A DNA stretch of 53,291 nucleotides, counting the filler, from Sphacelaria rigidula (Eukaryota), in assembly GCA_964200075.2 (NCBI GenBank). It is 4 parts of 4 records of this genome, joined end to end, with 100 filler letters (N's around TTAATTAATTAA, not from the genome) between each part and the next. Parts side by side here need not be neighbours in the genome. Positions count along the whole stretch, not along the records: positions 1 to 13,248 come from CAXNAA020003028.1; 3 more parts are not named here. One strand, given 5' to 3'. The translations under genes and the position numbers were made by a program. Shown piece by piece: positions 1 through 11,700 of this stretch (positions within the stretch are counted from its first letter, which is position 1; every line of letters begins with the position of its first letter). The notes below the pieces were generated by a model. The model ran no database searches. It saw only the letters and a program-made list of their open reading frames with translations, and had not been told where the DNA came from.

Positions 1-424
1 ATTTCTATCATATCTCTTACTTTTGCCTTGTACCCCGCGTCTTCATCTATGGGCAGCATTTCGTCTTGGTTTCCGCCTATCTCCTTCCATACTTTCTCGA
101 CTTCTCTATCCCACCTTATAGCACGCCCTTTCGTACTTTTCCTCCATACAGCCCTATCAACTATAGCTGGTAATCTCGTTCTCTGCATGTTCTTTACGCT
201 ATATTGTCATCGCTGTTTCCTCATGTTTCTGTTTGTTTTAAGTGAGTACATTCCCAACTTTGCTCTCAAAACTGTATTACTCGTCGTTTTCGAGCATCCA
301 AGTAGTTTCTTAGCTGCTGCCATCTGTACTGTTTCTAAGCTCTCCACCAACTTCGCGTTCTCCTCTCATACTTCTCCGGCATATTCGAGCTTTGGTACGA
401 TCACGTTCATCAGGAGTATCTCTT
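1..424 (-). mobile_element. Degenerate non-LTR retrotransposon (LINE) fragment, region C-terminal to the RT core
   Basis: Minus frame reads ILLMNVIVPKLEYAGEV*EENAKLVESLETVQMAAAKKLLGCSKTTSNTVLRAKLGMYSLKTNRNMRKQR*QYSVKNMQRTRLPAIVDRAVW...RW. This fits the LINE ORF2 pattern (PkLeY..evW; le.vQ..aak.lLG; LG..sL..rR). In-frame TGA codons at 366-368 and 207-209 sit where Trp is expected. Confidence 0.8.
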
Positions 425-437
425 ATGATCTTGCATG

Positions 438-640
438 CCATTCAAGTGTGTGTAGATGTGCTCGAGGAGGATTCGCAAGGCGAACCACGTCCTGAATGGC
501 AATGAGGCGTCGCCACGTCGGGGCTTCTCCGTTCGATGTGTCACCAAGTTGTTACCATTCTAGTGTATGTAGATGTGCTCGAGGGGGACTCGCAAGGCGC
601 ACCACATCATGAATGACAACGAGGCGCCACCACCTCGAGG
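438..640. repeat. Imperfect tandem duplication, 117-bp period
   Basis: CCATTC.AGTGT.TGTAGATGTGCTCGAGG.GGA.TCGCAAGGCG.ACCAC... occurs at 438-522 and 555-640. Confidence 0.85.
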
Positions 641-939
641 TTGGGGGCTGTAGGTTCGAAAAGGATTCCTGAAACAGTCATAATCCCCGCTGTTTGCACA
701 TGGAAACTCGCCGTGCCATCTCCGAGCGTTGTGGCATCAGCCCACCCAGACAAACCCTTAGTAGTGTCTGAGTGGTGTAATGATATTGCTCAGCTCATAT
801 GTGATATATGTAAAGGTAGTAAATGCATTTCTTCATACGAACAACGAACACATAGATGGATCCAAGAATATCACAAGGGTGGAACCCTTTAACTCTTCCC
901 TCCTACACCTTATCGTGGACGTCTTGCTTCACCTTACGG

Positions 940-986
940 TCGGGTCAGGGTTAGGGTTAGGGTTAGGGTTAGGGTTAGGGTTAGGG
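940..986 (+). repeat. Interstitial telomere-like (TTAGGG)6
   Basis: Six exact TTAGGG units at 951-986, preceded by TCGGG/TCAGGG variants. Confidence 0.85.
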
Positions 987-1124
987 TACTGACACTCCAC
1001 AGCACAGCGGGGGGAGCCAAGGTTCAGCCCTCTCCGTCAGATTCTATACCATGTGCGGGGAGGGGTCGTTTCTACTTATTATGGTAACAGCATAACTTCG
1101 GCTGATGAAGAAAAGTCACCAAGA

Positions 1125-1555
1125 AACACGGGATTTTACAAATTGGGGATGGTTAGTTTGTTGGGGATGAAAACCCGAAGAATTAAAATCGTCGTATCCA
1201 CACCAAATCTTCGAAGTATGCTTCCATTTCTCCACTTGCTGGTAGCTATTGATAACTACTTCACGCCATACAAGTTGGGATATCGATAACCGAAAAATCG
1301 GGGTCCTAGATGAAAAACCAATTGTAGCGTCCGATCAGACACCTAAAGCCCCCCAAAATTGGTTTTTCACCCAGGACCCCGACATTTCGATTATCGAAAT
1401 CCAAATGCGTATGGCGTGTAGTTGTTGTCAATAACTACCAGTAAGTGAAGAAATGGAAGTATACTTGGAAGATTTGGTGTGGATACGAAGATTTCAATTC
1501 TCCGGGTTTTCATCCCCAATAAAACATCCATTCCCAATTTGTAAAATCCCGTGTT
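1125..1555. mobile_element. Foldback MITE (family A), ~200-bp TIRs, probable 4-bp TSD
   Basis: Begins AACACGGGATTTTACAAATTGGG and ends CCCAATTTGTAAAATCCCGTGTT. Arms stay complementary for ~200 bp. Flanks AAGA/AAAA (1 mismatch). The same termini recur at 14683-16248. Confidence 0.85.
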
Positions 1556-2797
1556 AAAAGACTCAGTAATGTCCCTGCGCATGGGGGTGCGCACGCCGGG
1601 CAGAAGCACCGAAAAAACTTCAAGATCCGTCGAGGAAGATAACCGCAAACCATGCTCACGAAAAAACACCATATATGGGTGCGCGTAGACTGGACGAATT
1701 GGAGACATGTGGCTTCCCCCCCGCCTTCCCGTCGCGCAGAACTCCTGTGAATGTACACCTTCATGGACATGGGGAAGACCCCTTACACGACAATAGGACG
1801 ACATGTGGTGCATACCCAGTCATTTCTTCTTTCCAACGTCTAACCTCCTCAAATATTCCGGCGCCACTTGGGCGTCGCAAGCCTGTTGAATTTTGCCAGA
1901 GTAAACATTCCCTCACAGTGATCGGCCCTTTCTCGGTCGACTGGTCGTTTGGGGAAAGCCGAACCGTGCAAGACCAGCTGTGTCTCCTGTTTTTCAAGCT
2001 GCCTCCTGACGCATTTGCGGGATGGTACCACCAGCGATGTGCGATGTGGTGCGATGGGCATCAGAGCCTCCGCCACCAGACATTGTCTTTGGGAAAGGCA
2101 CATCGCTGTACGCTGAGTGGGTATAACGTCTCCCACATGTGTCCCTAGCGGGCAATGGTGCCCCAACGACCTCACAACGACATGCTCCCCCACCACCCCC
2201 CGTCCCACCCCCCCTCCGACATGTGAACGAGTGTTATGTGCCAAAGACTAGGGCTGCTCTCTATGAAATCTATATATTGCCCATAGACGGTGTGCAATCC
2301 ATCTTCCGCCACACGAAACGGTTTGCTTGACAACGGTCTTTCAGTGACTGGTAAATGTGCAGCCTCGAAAGGGTACTCGATTGTGCAAAAGGTTGCACTT
2401 TTCTCTGCGGCTGTGTCATTTGCGGGTGGAGGGGTTTCGGTGCTGAGTATGAGACGCAAGTAGAATTCCATCAGCTGCTTCCCACCTTGATTGTTGAACC
2501 TGCCAGTCACAACAGAGCGGTACATGAATCAATGCCATCATTTACTGCCGAACAAATAGCGTGTATCTGAACTAGCAGTGCCCAGCTTGTTTTGGAAGAC
2601 ACTCGTCCACCAACAGCCTTGCTCAAGGTCATTTGAAGGCATGACCAATATATCACCGGTTACTCAGCGTCTGAAAAAAAACTAGACACTCTGCAAGTAA
2701 TATCCACTTCGTTTACGTCCATTTGTCCGCCCCCGTTCGACGCTCCGTCCACAAAAACCTCGCCGTCACGTACTTGACGCGACGGCAAAGATATCAA

Positions 2798-5700
2798 TCA
2801 CGCGCGTATCCCGTCAACCCCGGCGGCTACCAAGTTCTGGGACGCAAGACTTTCCCCATTGGGAGCGGGAGCGTCGCGCGGCTGTCGGTAGTCTTCGAAA
2901 CCAAGCACTTCCTCCGCGAACTGCATAGGTTGGAGGTACTGTCGCCCATTTACCCTCGACGTACTGCTGTCACCAGTCAGAGCCTATTACGAGTTCGGGG
3001 ACGGAGCGGGAAGAGGGGGGATGGGTGGGGATCGCGAGGAGCGCTTATGGTTAGTACGTCTCTACCGTTCAACCGTTGTTCACTTGATCCTCCTCGAGGG
3101 GGCGAGAAATTGTTGCCTTAAGATTGATCACCGCCGTTTCCAGTTCCTGATCCATTTCTACCGAACATGTCTTGAAAGCGAATTCTTACCATGTGTTCTC
3201 ACAAACTGTCGCGGCAACGTCCTTTTTTTTATCTTTGGTGTTGCTCGACACCGTGTGAGGATGAGGGAGAGACCGTCCACATGCCTCGACGAGGCGTTTA
3301 CCCAGGAGTACATTTACACAGAACGAAGTCTATAGTGAAATAATCGCAACCTGTAGTCACCGGTCTTCTGTACACAATCCCACTCGAGGAAATCTACGCT
3401 TCGAAGGCGGCTTGCGATACTTTCTTCGCAAGGCTACCAGCACGTTTCACGCCAGGATTACCATTGCATTGATGTGGGATGCGTCGTTTGTACTTCCGAG
3501 AGCACATAAACACTTGTTTTAGGGGATTGGATACGAAATCGAACGCCAAATATCTCCTCCTGCTCGCAGCTGTGATTATTCAAGTTGCGAGCTGTTGACA
3601 CCGGCGCTACGAACGGTATAGTGTCTAAGAAAATCACACTTTATTCTCCCGTTCGCCGACGCGACGCGATGGTCTACGTGGTACGCCAATAGCCAATCAG
3701 AGCAAAATACTGAGGGTTCGAATCCCTTCAGATACGGTTCATTTAGCAAAGTTTGGTTCCCGTCGATGAAAATGTGAAAACGTGAGTAGCGAGAAAAAAA
3801 TGACAAGAGTCGACGGCGCGTCCTCATCCGACCCGCGATATTAAAAATGCTGGGTAGTGAGAGAGGTGGGTTTATCCCCTAGGAGTACGGAGCCATGCCG
3901 AGGAAGGGAAGGGATCAGATGCATGACGACAGAAGAGAAGAAACCATAGCTACACACCGCCAGTTGTCCTCGTCACAGCAGTCACAATCACCCAGCCGGA
4001 GCTGTAGCGGGAGGTTTTCTGTCGTGTGTTTACCTCCAAGCAATGGGCCAACTCTTCGTCACTTATTCGCTCCACCATTGATTGTAGCTTTGCGCAGATC
4101 GATGACCAGCCGAGCTTGCTCCCGTCGTGTGGATCACCGCCCATAGAGACGAATGCCTCGTGTATTGCCTGAATGGTGTAGCGCACGACAGAGCACTTAA
4201 GCCTGTACCCGTGCAGCTCGGAGTCGTGCATGCGCCGTTTAGATTTCCATCGCTTCTCGAGTACGCACACCATGCGTGTTTACTTCGGCTCTGTACTTAC
4301 TGCGAAACAGCCGTCGGGTCGATTACTTTGTCACGTTTTTTGGGTGCTTCTAAACAAGTACCGCCTAGAGGCACCTGTCCTGTTTAGTTTGTGGCTCTTA
4401 AGGGGGTATATGAACCCGCATCGCCTAAGACACGAGTAGGCACACCTGTTTGCTTACTGGAAACACGGGACGATGGTTGACGAACAGTCGTATCAGTCCG
4501 TTGAGATCGATTGTCTCTTGTACCTGCACGTACAAGAAAACATCAGACGCCGTGAGGAACAGTGGAGTGCGGTACGTTCACCGTCGTTTTCAAAACGAGC
4601 GTGCGTAGCGTGTGTGCATTCCGTAGTCCCCGTCTACCCCCTATTATTCCGGGTCGTCCCCGATGCACTACAGCTTACATAGCGACAACATTGTGCTATG
4701 ACGGGGGGAATATCAAGATCGGGGCAGACCATATCATACAGTAGTTCATGGTGTGAGCCTCACCTCTCCAGTCTCGGTGAAGCGCGAATACTTGACCTCA
4801 TTCACCATGTGTGCAACCTCCTGCGGATGAGGATAAGAACGACTGCGGCGACGTTAGGGGCACGCAATGTCTGATGTTTCGTCGGAGTGACCGCCTCCAG
4901 TGCTTGACCGCCTTTCTCACGATCCATAGAATACGAGGTCGTTGGTCGAGCGAGTTCGTGAACCCTGGCAGATATTTACTACAGTGCCTGCCAGTACGAT
5001 TCGACGTGGACTGAGTGCGCCCGGCGACTGCCTCTGCTCGTATGCAGCAGATTCCCATAGCACTGTGCTGACAGCGTCGAACGAATTTTCTATTCAAGAG
5101 GTCCTACGGTGGTACGGCACGAGAAGCGCTGTTTTTATACTTCGCTTCCCGTCTCCCGCCCCGTTTTCTGCGCTTTGGTCGAGCGTCTGACAACGTCGAG
5201 ACTAGAGCTGGCAATGGTGTCAAACACAAAAGTTCAAGCGGGGGAAGGCAATATCCTCCCTTGGTACGGTCGATCCGCGCTATTACTCCCGCGGCATAGA
5301 ATGAACAAACGGTTCCCCGCTCGACAATGCCTTAATCATGGATCTGCCAGAGGGACGTTCAACCAGCTGTTTGCTGGTGTTTCGTGTTTCTTGATGGAAA
5401 CTGCACCTGCTCGGTTGGGTAGAAGCCTAGCGCTCTCATTATATTCGGCACTTCAGCCACCGGTACTACTTCGGCGGTCGATCGCGCATCTGTCGTATCT
5501 TCCCCTTGTGTCCGCAGCAGCGCGTAGAAAAAGTAATCCACCAGTTCCTACGCGCCACATGCAACAAGTTATCGCGTGAAAATTGGATGCTGACTGACCT
5601 GGCACGCGCCAGACATGACACATATTTTTCTCTGTCAGTCGTCTTCTGGGGGTGCTTGTCCTGCCCAGTATAGTATCGGAGGTTTCGACGGACGGGAGTT

Positions 5701-8700
5701 TGTTTGCGAAGAAATCTCCATTCGCGGGTGTGTTGCTGAGATTATCCGAATTTTCGTTCATGTCGGGAGAAATTCTCCCCGCGGCTACACCGGGTGGGCG
5801 GCAATGAACAAATCTCACTTCAGGGACGCGGTGCTCAAAAGGCAAAATGCAGAGTCCTACATGCCTTGTCGAGGTTTAGGTTACGGGCGATATTGCGCAC
5901 GTCACCACTCGAGGTACAACAAAAGTATGCGGTTTCTACAGCTCAGGGATTCTGAGGACCGTCAGTTATATTTTTTTCCAGCGGAGGATGCCGTGTGTCG
6001 GTTTCCCTACACCTGCGCGTGTCGCGAGGTGCACAAAGAGTATGGCACTTGATGCAGTCTCCTGAGGTTCGAAATGCTTTCCATCTCCTCTCCGTCAACA
6101 TCGTGAGCTGCACAGATTCCCCCCCCCTGGGAGACATGCTTTCCTCTCTCATCCCCCCCTTCTGTACTCTTTTCTGTTTAGCATGTGCGAAGATAACAGC
6201 GTGCAGATTGGCTGCACTCGTCGCCAAATTTTGTCCCACACAACAAGAGGTTTCACTCTACACAGAATGTGCGACAATCGACCAATCAACCAGCCAATCA
6301 ACCGAATCATGGACTAGAACTTTGGAACAAAGTCTGCTCAAGAACGATCTTCCAGGCTGCTGTAGTTCCTCTCTCTCGTCCACTCACCTCCGTCCGTTCC
6401 GTCCGCCGCCTATCTTTTGTGACCGATAACATACACACACACACGGTGTGCGCGGGGGCACAAAATATCCCCTCACCTCGTGCAACTCCCCGCCTTCACC
6501 ACCTTGAAGCTGCTCCAAGAACGGTGTCATATCTTGTGCTGCTGCGCGCTCATCGGCATCAGCGCCCGACTCCCTCGCAGTTACGCCCGAGGCCCCTCCC
6601 TCGACTTGTTCGTGCGCTTCATTTCTTGCAGCCGCCGTGGTTGGATCACCACTGTCCCCACTTTGCTAGAGAAAGCGCATGAAGAGTAGCGACAGCAATC
6701 AATACGAGGTTGGCTGATTCCTCGAAACGAACGTATTCCAGTCCATTGTTTGGTGTGTTGATGCATCGGTTATTCGCCTCCGATATCGTATGAACGGAAC
6801 AAGCGGGGGGTGAATAAGAGAATAATGTGCGTTCGGCTTGTGCTGTTTGTCCAACGTTGGTGAACTAGTCTGGACGAGCAACTCGAATGGTACTTTGTTC
6901 TCGATATCACAGTATCTGGTGCTGGCATGCCCTGATTCTGCTTCCGGCCTAGCGGTGAAGTGGTTCGCATATGCGGCTAAGAGTGTCTACCTCATTTCAT
7001 TTCTCCATCACAACGACAGAACGTTTCACCACAAGATAAGTGGCTCCGCTCGTTGGATTGACGAAGAGGCGTTAGTTGATTCGATGCTGCCTATCGGGGA
7101 GTTTTAACCGTAGTAGCAGAACGACCGGTATTTGTATCGGTTGTAGAAGTCCGAAGCACAGAGCAACAAGCTCGACACGGCTACAGGAAGCATGTCTCTG
7201 ATTGATCCTTTTGATCGTGCTTTTGACTGCTACTGTTGTTGACGCGTGTCGCTCTACAAAAGTACGCTGCGTATATATAAGATCTCCCTTTTGACGGTTG
7301 GCGTCGGTTGGCAACGACGCTGCAAACACGCCACTCACTGCGTAAGCTGGGCAACTAGGTTTCCGTTACTGTTTTCGCTTGCGTTTTTTTCTGCGGTAAC
7401 AACGACGGTGGTCGAGTCAGATCATATGCGCTGGGTGAAGAACCTCAACTTCATGCAAAGAGGGAGTCGCCCATGAGGCAGTGTGGAACCCGTGGCTGTC
7501 TCTGGCAGTAGTGATGATACCAGAAAATGAAGTAATTCATTCGAGGCTGTCATCCTAATGCAAGACTATCGGTAAGCTTCTTGCCGAACCATCCGAGTAG
7601 AATGCATGTCACCCCTAATGCGACTCACCAAACACATCACGGTGCTTCGCGCTTGGTGATTGATTGCGAGCCTGGCCTGGCAAAAATCCGACGTGCTCCG
7701 TCCCGGCTTTGTAGGGGTGCGAGGCCAATGATCATGTGACTACGGCATGCAAAGTCATAAATATTCCCTCCGTCCCCCCGCAAGTCGACTTCCAAAAAGC
7801 TCAAAAGGCTGGATGTGGACAAAATACTTGCAGGTTGTCTGATATGTTTCAAAACTATACGTTAACGGCAGGGCAAAACATATTTTTCATTTTTCATTTT
7901 TCGGTACCTCTTCTTGCCTGCAAAGCTTGAGTATTGATCTTCCAAACGTTGACGGTAAGATCTTTTCCCCCCGACGTGATGAGGTAGTTCCCATCGCCGC
8001 TAACCGTCAGGCAGCTGACCTCCCCAGGGTGTGCAATGAGGCCCATGACTTTGTGCGGGTTACCGTCGAAGGGCATTTGTAACTGCCAGACACCAACCAA
8101 CCACGGTGAAGACGGAAAATGGGGGGAAAGAGGAAGAAAGCGAATCTAGTCAAGCATTATTATTTGTACGTCGTCGAGCACACCGCGGTTGCTGACCCAT
8201 CATCGTGCTACAAGTACGAGGGTTGCAATAGCTTGCCACGTTGCTATGTCCAGTGACTCCGCACACCGATATTTCGGTTGATATACCTACTAAGTCAGTT
8301 GCGTTAAAAGTGGCTATGAAGATAGAGCCGTGGTATTACTCCTGACCCTCCAGCACGCCAACTCCAAGGTAACACTCGGGTGTTCAAAAATCGTTCAGGC
8401 GCCCCATCGTGCTTCACCACACGATGTATACCATCCACCATGATGCATGAACGTTTTAACTGTCCTGCTTTCTCGAAGGCTTACACTGTGCTAGTGACTC
8501 TGAAACAGTACGTCTCGGGAGAAAGTTCATTCTGAAAACCTGTCGATACACACGCACACTATTCTTCTTAGGGCTAGGGCTAGGGCTAGGGCTAGGGTTA
8601 GGATTAGGACGAGGGTTAGGGGCTAGGCAAACGCAGCAGCATCTTTCCTCTAAGGAGACATCGATGTTCCAAGTTTTGTCACGAGAGGTGCTACAGTGTA

Positions 8701-11700
8701 CATACCCTGAAAGCTGCGGTTGACGGTTACTCACCAAGCCCACGACCTTCTCCGCGGTCCCGTACGCCACGAATTCGCTCGGTCTCGACTCCTCGTCGCC
8801 GTAGATATAGCTGATCTGCTCCAGGCGATTAATGGGACCTCCGAACGTGGGTCCGAGCGTTGTTTTTCGGAAGCTCTTGTTGTCCGCGTTCCATTGCTTT
8901 AGCTTGTACTCGTCGTTTGCCGTCACCTGAAGAAACAAAGAGCAGTTTTTCAGTATTTTATGGATGTACATGGGCACACCATTTTTATTCGCGGGTCCAT
9001 GGAACACAGGTCACCAGCGAATACATCGTGTTCATTGTTCTTTGTATCTGCAAGAAATAAGATGGATATTAAGCAGAGGCAGATATCTGCTCTGAATGCG
9101 GGGGCAGAGGTAGTACACAAGGAAGAATTAAGTCATAGTCTTGCTCATCCAACAGTATTCTTGTTTTCCCACTTTGAACCATTCCACGTCCTCGGGACGA
9201 GTTTGTGGTCTCAAGGGATCAACCCGTCTCTCCCCGGTACACACCTTGCCTTTTGGACTCGCTGATTGGATCATGACTAACACTCCCGCACCACGTCAAC
9301 TCTCGTCAAACAAACTTAGTCAACCACTTTGTTTACTCACGTTCTCCCGCTTTCGACGATGGAACTCAGATACAAGGAACAAATAACCCAACGCATCGGG
9401 CTCACGCTTTCCGCGGTGAAATTCAGATACTACGAACAAAAGACCCAACGCATCGGGAATCGAACCCTCCTTCTCTCCGCCCTAATGGCGACAGCCGGAC
9501 CATTACACCACGGGGGCGTGGCGGAACTCAGATACTACGAACACAAGACCCAACGCATCGGGAATCGAATGCTCCTTCTCTCCACCCTAATGGCGACAGT
9601 CGGTCCGTTACACCCGCATCGGCAATCGAACCCTCCTTCTCTCCACCCTTTTGGCGACAGTCGGACCATTACACTACCGAGGCGCGGTGGCGATGACATG
9701 AGACATGCATGTATATGTTACACACATATACATGTACTTGGAGCCAGGGATATCCAGCGCGAACGTGGAAATGAACAGAGCGTTGCAATTTCCACCGAAG
9801 TCAGAGTTATTTTGATTGCACCTATCCGTTTCGGTGTTGGTCAGAATGGTCATGTTGATCAACCTGACTGTGTTCAGAATACAGCAAACCCTATACCAGG
9901 CGATCCTCGAAGTCGGTGCCTAGAAGAGGGTGCCAAAGGAGAGCCGTTGGACTTCCACTCTGCTCGATCCGCTTCGGCGCCTCCGTCATTAAAAGTCCCG
10001 TTTCCTGTTTGTTGCGTTTCGTGAGATACCCACCCAGCAGGGTGACGGCAGAACAAGGTAATTTCGGGATGGGGTGGTGCAATTCGTTCAGCCGACGCCA
10101 GAACACACAGTTGGGTTGGATATGTGCTGACCCTTAGCTCTCTCGTGCTGCAGTGCCGCAATAGTACTCTTAATATGTTCGAATTTCGTATTTTGATCAC
10201 TGCTATTTCCCCCCCGTCGCCACCGGTACTCCGGCGTGCGTTGCAGCCGTGCCCACGTGCGCCAAATGTAAGAAGTATTGGCACTCGGTAAAGCAGCAAA
10301 TGCGCAGCGTGGCCATGCCGTTTCCTCGAGGGTTGTTATTCCGGAGCCCACAAGGACATCACAGATCTCAGAGAAACAGTTCGAAGCAAAAAAATGAACG
10401 TTTTTTACAATCATCGGTTCGGATATGCTGCACTCTACAGATCACCCCCCCCGCACCAATGGGATGCAAAATTATATTTTTGTAAATTGTAATGTTCGTG
10501 ATCAATCTGCACCACTATGGTACACATGCCCTGGTGGTGTGTGGGTTGTCGCAGCAGCTCTCGCCTGGTTCGAGTCGGGTAGGTTGTACTCAACGAGGCA
10601 CCTGTCCTCGCCGATGCTGACAAGCGATACCCTTCCGTCCTCCCGCGTTCCGAACTCGAGTCCGGTGACCGCGCGGCTATGACTTCGGTTGCGTCCTACG
10701 TACGTCCACATATCTCGTGTTCGCATCTCTTCATCCTATATTTTGTGCGGTCAGGGGTTGGTTGTGATATGCAAAACGCGGGCTCTGTGGTCTCTATTTC
10801 CTAGAGAAGCGCCGACGCACACGTCATGGACGGGGGGGAGGGGTTCCGTCGACCAACGTGGCTGTGGATGAGCGACTGCCGTACCTATGTGCCAGCCAAT
10901 ACCGTGCGGGTTGCCACGAAGGACTGAAACAAGCGCTGCTGTGATAAAAAAAAACGAATGCATCAATTGCTGATATGTTCCAGACTTTGAATGGTGAGCC
11001 GTGCGCACTCTCATCAGTTATAACTTCGCTCTCTGGGTCCTGATGAAAGTGCCGGAGAAATGACCGCTACTCACTCTTGCTAACCTGGGGCTTTTCTTGT
11101 TTTCCTTTAAGTAAGGAGGAAACCTTACCCAACACTTACTCCGCAAGCGGATTCATGTACCGATTACCCGGAGGCGCGGCCAGACTGCCTCACGGCCGTC
11201 ATGTGGGGCAGGTGCCTCGAGCGTTCGTAAGCTTTGCTCAAGGCAGTGTGGTGGTCCGACCCACTGAAACCCCCTCTCAACTTGGCGCAGTGCACGCGCC
11301 GCCCTACTCTTATGAGTTTCGGCCTGATATGAGCAGGCAATGTGCGTCCATAGTGGCCGCGTGGGTGCAGATTGTTCGTATAAGACCCCATCAAGTCTTC
11401 TCGACAATAGGGTAGGGGGCGAGGAAGCGTCGCGCTGACCCTAGAAATCGTTCGAGTGTAATGAGGTATTCCGCCGTTGACATTGCGTCGTCTTCGTGTA
11501 CCTCATTGGTTCGATATGTCGACGTCTCCTCCCCGTCCGCCGAGAGAAACACGTCCACCAGAGAGTGCTTGAATAACAACACGTGGTTGTCCGTGTCGCA
11601 CGCAGCAACCTAGAGGCATGGCGATATTTTGTTCCGTGCAGTTGGGCAGCATATGGATGCGAATCAGACGGAAATACTGACCATGGTTGTTGATACACGA

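Noticed and set aside
28..495. 155-aa plus-strand ORF
   Set aside because: Antisense shadow of the LINE fragment.
9329..10024. 231-aa ORF with internal repeats
   Set aside because: Chance read-through of the triple SINE head, antisense to a CFAP251 intron and exon.
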